Shown piece by piece: positions 27,514 to 32,494 of a stretch of 32,494 bases of DNA; within the stretch, counting starts at the first letter, position 1, and every line of letters begins with the position of its first letter. The stretch is from a virus (lineage: Duplodnaviria > Caudoviricetes), in the IMG/VR virus record IMGVR_UViG_3300030372_005227, positions 1-32,494 of that record. One strand, given 5' to 3'. The position numbers and the translations under genes were made by a program. A model generated the notes under the pieces. It worked only from the letters and a program-made list of their open reading frames with translations. It was not told where the DNA came from and did not search any database.

Positions 27514-28170
27514 TTAGATTAAAGGCTTTGTAAGATCGGGAAACATAATACGCTCTCGATCTGTGTATGATAATCTGTGATAGTTTGCTTTGACGTAGTT
27601 CTCTGCTTTGAGTCTTTCTTCAGGATCGAGTATAGATGAGGGGTATTGAAAAGTATAGATTTGATTGATCTCTCTTTCGTCCTCTTTAATCTCTTCAGTG
27701 TATCTTTCTTCCCCTTCCATGCTTCCCCACTTCCTCTCTATCAGAGAGTTAGAATATTGTTTATTATTGTTACTTATTGTATGGGTGGCCAATTTGCCAC
27801 TAGGGGTGGTGGTCAAATTAACACTAGGGGTGGTGGTCAATTTGCCACTAGTGTCTTTTTTACCACTAGTGTTAATCTTGCCACTAGTGTCTATCTTGTC
27901 AGTGTGTAAAGTAGTAAGAGCAGGCTCGTTCTGAGTTGGCCCCACTTTCTTTGATTCACGAGAGATGACTCCAAGCTTAATCAATTTCGATAGAGTTCTT
28001 TTTACAGATCTCTCTCCTGTTGAGATAAGCTTTGAAATCTCACGAGCAGAGACTTTTCCTTTGTATGTGCTCCAGTCGACTTTTAAGATCATAGCTAAAA
28101 GAACGAGTTTATCGGATGCATTTAAACTCTCTGACTTCATGATTAGTTTTCTTACTTCATATTCTTTCAT
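27514..28170 (-). CDS. Replication initiator (lambda O-like organisation, N-terminal wHTH)
   Basis: wHTH segment SAREISKLISTGERSVKRTLSKLIKLGVI, internal DNA repeats, and position upstream of the DnaC-like gene. Likely start is 28170 after AGGAG. Confidence 0.8.
   Translation of the reverse strand: MKEYEVRKLIMKSESLNASDKLVLLAMILKVDWSTYKGKVSAREISKLISTGERSVKRTLSKLIKLGVISRESKKVGPTQNEPALTTLHTDKIDTSGKINTSGKKDTSGKLTTTPSVNLTTTPSGKLATHTISNNNKQYSNSLIERKWGSMEGEERYTEEIKEDEREINQIYTFQYPSSILDPEERLKAENYVKANYHRLSYTDRERIMFPDLTKPLI
27751..27905. repeat. Iteron array plus AT-rich tract: putative replication origin
   Basis: (c/a)cactag cores at 27797, 27821, 27845, 27863 and 27881 (spacing 24, 24, 18, 18). An AT-rich tattgt triplet lies at 27751-27780. 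Confidence 0.75.
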
Positions 28171-28191
28171 ATGCTCTCCTTTCATGCTTTC

Positions 28192-28278
28192 TTTATATAT
28201 ACATATTTGTCTTTATGCAATCTTTTTTTGCTTAATTTAAAAAAAACATTTGACACAATGAAAAGATAAAGGTAAAAA
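28192..28278. promoter_or_regulatory. Divergent early promoters
   Basis: Minus strand: TTGCAT (28220-28215), N17, TATAAA (28197-28192). Plus strand: TTGACA (28250-28255), N17, TAAAAA (28273-28278). Confidence 0.5.
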
Positions 28279-28303
28279 CAATACATCAACGAAAGGAGAT
28301 TGA

Positions 28304-28519
28304 ATGAAAGAACAAATCAAAGAAGCTCTCAAGAAAGAGAGATACAACTTTAGGAACTTATCCGAATCAATGGGATATGATAATTCTTATTTATCAAGAG
28401 TATTAAATAAACAAGTTAAAGCCCCAAGAAGATTTTTCTTTATCTTATGTGCTTGTCTCAATGAAATGACAGGCTCCACTTTTACAATCGAAGACTTTAA
28501 GGAATACATCAATGATTAA
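28304..28519 (+). CDS. Cro/XRE-like HTH protein
   Basis: NFRNLSESMGYDNSYLSRVLN, with a strong RBS. Confidence 0.75.
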   Translation: MKEQIKEALKKERYNFRNLSESMGYDNSYLSRVLNKQVKAPRRFFFILCACLNEMTGSTFTIEDFKEYIND

Positions 28520-28706
28520 GTACATCCCCAAGCAAGACAGAAGAACATTTGCAGAGAAGCACTATATTATTTTTATGAGCATCATTGCCCTTTGTGCTGT
28601 CCTTGCTCTCAATTCATTTCATAAGCGTACTCAACGAAAGAACACTGTAAAGAGTTTAGATCTTTCTATTCTTAAAACTGTCTCTAATATTAGAGCTAAT
28701 CAATAA
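28512..28706 (+). CDS. Small basic membrane protein
   Basis: One hydrophobic helix, YIIFMSIIALCAVLALN. Overlaps the preceding gene. Confidence 0.55.
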   Translation: MIKYIPKQDRRTFAEKHYIIFMSIIALCAVLALNSFHKRTQRKNTVKSLDLSILKTVSNIRANQ

Positions 28707-28729
28707 ACTAACAACCTGGAGAGAAGACC

Positions 28730-29347
28730 ATGTTAAACGATAATCAATTACAAATGATTCAAAACCTTTCAACAGATCGAGACTTTAACGACAATGTAAA
28801 ATGTTTTCTTACATTTGGACATTTGTTTGAGTTCAATATTCCCATCACTCTTTCACAAACTTATTGCCTTCATGGAAAGCCTGCTCTTAATGCAGACGCA
28901 ATGGCTGGAGCCGTTCGACGCTATGTCGGAAAAGATGGAAAAAAAGTGTGTGCTGCGATTTGGGAAGAAGTGGGAGAAGACTTTGTCACTGTCTATGCTT
29001 TACGTAGAGACGAGCTTGAGACGAGTAAAGAGTTTGGATTTGAGATCAAGCCTAAGCAATGGACTTATACACTTGAAGACGCTCGACTTCGAGGGACTCT
29101 AAATCAGTCCTCTTGGAAGAAGATGCCTAAGGTTATGATGCATAAACGAGCCTTGACCGCTCTCCTTCGACTTGCGTTTCCTGAAGTGATCGGGACGGCC
29201 TGTTCTCCTGATGAACTTGCTGAAGTCATGATTCAGGATGAAGAGGAGAGAGATAGAATTGTATATGCTTCAGTTGAATCCGCCAAACCTCCCAAGCCTT
29301 CAAGCCCTCCCTCTCCTGCTCCTGCTCCTAAAAAAAAACTGAAGTAA
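28730..29347 (+). CDS. RecT/Bet-like single-strand annealing protein (core)
   Basis: Motifs GKPAL and WKKMPKVMMHKRALTALLRLAFPEVIG, followed by a Pro-rich tail. Confidence 0.75.
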   Translation: MLNDNQLQMIQNLSTDRDFNDNVKCFLTFGHLFEFNIPITLSQTYCLHGKPALNADAMAGAVRRYVGKDGKKVCAAIWEEVGEDFVTVYALRRDELETSKEFGFEIKPKQWTYTLEDARLRGTLNQSSWKKMPKVMMHKRALTALLRLAFPEVIGTACSPDELAEVMIQDEEERDRIVYASVESAKPPKPSSPPSPAPAPKKKLK

Positions 29348-29871
29348 TCGAGCCCCCTCAAACTTCTAATCCTTTAAGAAACTTTTCCTCTATCAACACA
29401 ACGATTGAGGAACTTGTAAAAGAAGGAGCAGACATTGATCAGGCCCTTGTGGCGATGGAGACTTATTCTAGTAAGCCTCTCGATCAATGCGAATCCAACG
29501 AACTCGAAAAGCTTTTTTATACTTATGGACTCTCACCCCTTCGAGTCTTTCTCCAGGAGGGCAAGATCGATCTCACTTATGAATCTTTTAAAAAGTGGGA
29601 TCCAGCGGATGGAGGGATTCTCTCAAGTCTCTTTGATCTGACTTATGGAACAGGTTTTGATCCTGCCCATGATCAAACTCCTGCAGACTATTGTTTTAGA
29701 GTCTTTATGTGTTCTCAGAGTCCCGCTTGGTCAGAGACTATGCTTCTCTTAAGAAAGCAACTAAACGAGGAAAAGATTGATCAAAAGATGTTTAATGAGT
29801 ATGAGAGAGTGATCACAATGAATCCAAACGGAGGAACATTTTATCAGATCTCAAAATTGATCGGAGTTTAA
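29338..29871 (+). CDS. Probable C-terminal extension of the annealase in the -1 frame (includes ORF 29449..29871)
   Basis: The frame is open from the A9 run (TEVIEPPQTSNPLRNF...) through to 29871. Confidence 0.6.
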   Translation, partial: TEVIEPPQTSNPLRNFSSINTTIEELVKEGADIDQALVAMETYSSKPLDQCESNELEKLFYTYGLSPLRVFLQEGKIDLTYESFKKWDPADGGILSSLFDLTYGTGFDPAHDQTPADYCFRVFMCSQSPAWSETMLLLRKQLNEEKIDQKMFNEYERVITMNPNGGTFYQISKLIGV

Positions 29872-31851
29872 TTCACACTTAAGCCCATCGCATCCACTCG
29901 TTAAATGTGCATCATTTCCACCCTTAACAGAAGTCAGATCAATCTTATTCCAATCTAGATCAAGGAGTCTCTTCCATTCCTTCTCCTGCTCAGTCCCATT
30001 CTTGACAGTTTGAAAAGGTGCGTTTTGATAGACTGTGTCTCCATAGTCAGACAAGAGGGCCACGCCCTTTACAGATCTTCTATTCTTCCAGAGCCAGTCT
30101 GAGACTTCACCCCATTCATTATCTTTCACTGTGCAAGTATTAGAGACATTGTGAGTCAATCCCTCAACTCTGCTTTCTTGAGATCCATACTCGACCCAAT
30201 GAGTTTGAACGAGAGCGACTGTTTCCAAAAACTCTTTAGCAGAAAGATGCTCTCTTGGAGTTCCATTTCCTACACAAGCAAATTGAATGATTCCTGTATC
30301 GCCTTCAAGATCAATCGTTGCTTCAGGTAGTTTCTCTTGGATGAGCTTCCAAATAGGATTAATTTTAGAAAGTCGGATTGTTCTTATATATCGATCTGCA
30401 TGGAAAGGATGGATTCCTGAGGACGTGCCTAGAATCGTTGAAGTGTTCCCGCTTGGCTTTATACATGTTAATCGAGAAGCATGATTGATTCCGATCCTTT
30501 TAGCTGTCAACTTGTTTACATCCTCGACGACTTTTGCCCCTTGTCTTAACAAACTAGGAACAAAAGAGAGCGGGTTTGCATGCATTCCTGTCAAAGAAAC
30601 TCCTATTAAAGCCTCTTGCTCGATGATCGTTTTAGTCACCCGTCCTAAATATCCCGTCTCTGTATATCCTGCTTGAAGAGTTCCGATATATGAGGCCGCC
30701 TCACAAGACTCATAGAATTGTTCTTCAGTTGGATTCTTCTCCATGTTGATCTCAGTTAGATTACAAACGGCCCATCCACTTCTCCACATCCACCCGCCCA
30801 TTTCTAATCTTTTCCTATTTCTAGTAACTGTTAAAGGGAGATCTGTCTGATGAGTTCCGAGAGCAGATTGAACAAAGTAAGGATAGAGCCCAATCTCGCA
30901 ACATGGATTAGTCCCAAAGTCGGGAGAGTTTGAGAAGAAGACTCCAGGTTCTCCCCACTCTCGATTAAGTTTAACGGCCCTGTTGATCATGCTCTTTGTT
31001 TCGCTCCCATCCGTCGGGATCGTTGCGGAGATGTTTGCATAGGCGCGGGAGGGTGCATACTTCCACCATTCTCCCGTCTTAGCATTTAACATGAGATTAT
31101 CATCATTATCAAAAAGACAGATTGAAGCAGATCGACGAACGCCCCCACTTAAGACAGCCGCGCTCAATTCCATGCACACGTCAAAAACATCAATTGATCT
31201 TAATCTTTGTCCAAATCGAGAATGTAAAATCTTCTTGATCTTCTCAAGACATGTCTTCAAAGGCTCAGGACCTGGAGCAATCCCACCCGATGAGATAGGA
31301 GATCCTTTTGGACGTACTTTGGAGAAGTTAAACTCTAGTTCATAATCATAAGCGTGATCGAAATAATCAGTGAAGAAGTATGAATCAAGGAGAGCTTGGA
31401 GAGCCTCCGCCCATCCCTCGATTGAGTCTTGTACTACATACTCCATTGATCTCCTGTTTAAATACGCATCTCTTAATATTACTCTTGGGAGCTGAGAGAT
31501 ATCAGTCCGACGTACAGAAAAGCCCGTCCCACTCCCACACAGCAAAAGCCAGAACATCTCGGAGAAAAAGCGAGGACGATCAACGGGAGAGAATGTGCAA
31601 TTATACATCCTCATATTATTTCTCAGGATTGCATCTCCTCCAAATTGCGTTGATCTTTGAGAAGGGACTACTCTTTTATCTTTGACTAGAGAGAAGGCCC
31701 AATCGATCCGATCTTCTTCTTCAGGATATTTCTTTTTGTGCATTGAAGCAACTCGATCGATTGCCTCTTTCCATGATTCCCGCCCGTTGGGGGTAGGGTG
31801 AGCATATTGAGCCGCAAAGGCAACTCGACCCATGATTTCATTCTGTGACAT
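29851..31851 (-). CDS. nrdJ: Class II (adenosylcobalamin-dependent, monomeric type) ribonucleotide reductase
   Basis: Motifs YNC, GSGTGFSV, DSIEGW, SGGVRRSA, NPCCEI, CNLTEIN, KPSGN and a C-terminal CDGLKC. Confidence 0.92.
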   Translation of the reverse strand: MSQNEIMGRVAFAAQYAHPTPNGRESWKEAIDRVASMHKKKYPEEEDRIDWAFSLVKDKRVVPSQRSTQFGGDAILRNNMRMYNCTFSPVDRPRFFSEMFWLLLCGSGTGFSVRRTDISQLPRVILRDAYLNRRSMEYVVQDSIEGWAEALQALLDSYFFTDYFDHAYDYELEFNFSKVRPKGSPISSGGIAPGPEPLKTCLEKIKKILHSRFGQRLRSIDVFDVCMELSAAVLSGGVRRSASICLFDNDDNLMLNAKTGEWWKYAPSRAYANISATIPTDGSETKSMINRAVKLNREWGEPGVFFSNSPDFGTNPCCEIGLYPYFVQSALGTHQTDLPLTVTRNRKRLEMGGWMWRSGWAVCNLTEINMEKNPTEEQFYESCEAASYIGTLQAGYTETGYLGRVTKTIIEQEALIGVSLTGMHANPLSFVPSLLRQGAKVVEDVNKLTAKRIGINHASRLTCIKPSGNTSTILGTSSGIHPFHADRYIRTIRLSKINPIWKLIQEKLPEATIDLEGDTGIIQFACVGNGTPREHLSAKEFLETVALVQTHWVEYGSQESRVEGLTHNVSNTCTVKDNEWGEVSDWLWKNRRSVKGVALLSDYGDTVYQNAPFQTVKNGTEQEKEWKRLLDLDWNKIDLTSVKGGNDAHLTSGCDGLKCELNSDQF

Positions 31852-31863
31852 ATATACAACTCT

Positions 31864-32280
31864 TTAACGTGTAGCGAAATAGACACCCGCCGCCGTAAGA
31901 GCAATCGATCCGACGACTGACCCCATCACTAAGTTTTTATACTTTGATCGCTCTTCTTTTAGTTCAAGTTTTAGATTCTTATTCAAGAGTTGAGATTCGT
32001 CAAGAGACTTTCTAAATACATCGAGTCTTTGATCACATCGATGTACACGATCCTTGACTTCCTTTTCAAAGCGATCCTTGATTTCACTTACTCGAATTAA
32101 ACAAGAGTTTCCATTTAAAGAGCTTTGGATGTCAGCCATGTCTCCAATCTTCACAACGAATCCAGATTGATTCGAAACAGTCCCTTTTAAAACAAAAGTG
32201 GATTCAATCTTGTGGCCATCGTCAAGCGTTATAGTAGCAAAGCCCGCTTGAAGAATTGCAGGAATTAAAATAGACAACAT
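31864..32280 (-). CDS. Envelope protein with signal peptide, coiled coil and C-terminal TM (possibly spanin-like)
   Basis: Hydrophobic N-terminus, heptad region and C-terminal LVMGSVVGSIALTAAGVYF. It has a TGATG overlap with the upstream gene. Confidence 0.45.
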   Translation of the reverse strand: MLSILIPAILQAGFATITLDDGHKIESTFVLKGTVSNQSGFVVKIGDMADIQSSLNGNSCLIRVSEIKDRFEKEVKDRVHRCDQRLDVFRKSLDESQLLNKNLKLELKEERSKYKNLVMGSVVGSIALTAAGVYFATR

Positions 32281-32494
32281 CAATCACACTCCTCCTTATT
32301 GATTCGATCAATCAAATGATTACAATTTGATTTAATCCTCTCCTTTTCTTGTCTACATATTCTTTGCTCTCTCTCTATACATTGAGTCTCACCCGTCGAA
32401 ACACAAGCGGCAGAGGAGGATTCTAAATGTTGAATCTGTCTTTGCTGTACTTCAATTAAAAGAAGCTCTTCTTGACATACTTCTTCTTTAGTTA
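32280..32494 (-). CDS. C-terminal part of a Cys-rich coiled-coil protein (truncated at the right edge)
   Basis: Hand translation ...TKEEVCQEELLLIEVQQRQIQHLESSSAACVSTGETQCIEREQRICRQEKERIKSNCNHLIDRINKEECD*. Confidence 0.55.
   Translation of the reverse strand, partial: TKEEVCQEELLLIEVQQRQIQHLESSSAACVSTGETQCIEREQRICRQEKERIKSNCNHLIDRINKEECD

Noticed and set aside
27790-27905. Repeat array considered as a CRISPR or mini-array
   Set aside because: The units are contiguous 18-24 bp repeats with no unique spacers, lie in frame within the initiator, and there are no cas genes. Iterons fit better.
29851-31851. Intein or intron in nrdJ or terL
   Set aside because: Lengths are normal and there are no splicing motifs. 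Only a short loop insertion follows NPCCEI.
26615-31904. Shadow ORFs over dnaC, the initiator, the annealase and nrdJ (e.g. 27665..27934, 29435..29641, 31380..31685)
   Set aside because: They overlap confident genes. 29435..29641 has an AGGAG upstream but an implausible protein sequence.

Overview
The window is about 32.5 kb of a tailed dsDNA phage genome. It looks like a siphovirus: there is a tail tube, a tape measure protein and a frameshifted tail chaperone, but no sheath. On the minus strand, read right to left, the order is: RHH regulator, short SSB, small ORF, TerS, PD-(D/E)XK-like nuclease, TerL, DNA methyltransferase, a structured intergenic region, Mu-type portal, protease/scaffold with two extra N-terminal domains, decoration protein, major capsid, MuF-like minor head protein, head-tail/neck genes, tail tube, G/GT chaperones, tape measure, four tail/baseplate genes, CHAP endolysin, holin, a small virion protein and a repeat-containing tail fibre (truncated). 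The right third holds a membrane protein-thyX-dCMP deaminase operon, a lambda O/DnaC-like replication module with iterons, an HTH gene, a RecT/Bet-like annealase split at an A9 run, a class II ribonucleotide reductase and a possible spanin-like pair. The most interesting unexplained elements cluster at the packaging locus. One is a candidate ~100-nt structured small RNA with its own promoter between the MTase and the portal. Another is a nuclease/MTase pair bracketing TerL in a GATC-rich genome, with a G10 tract inside the MTase. All calls come from motif reading and hand counts; no database searches were run.
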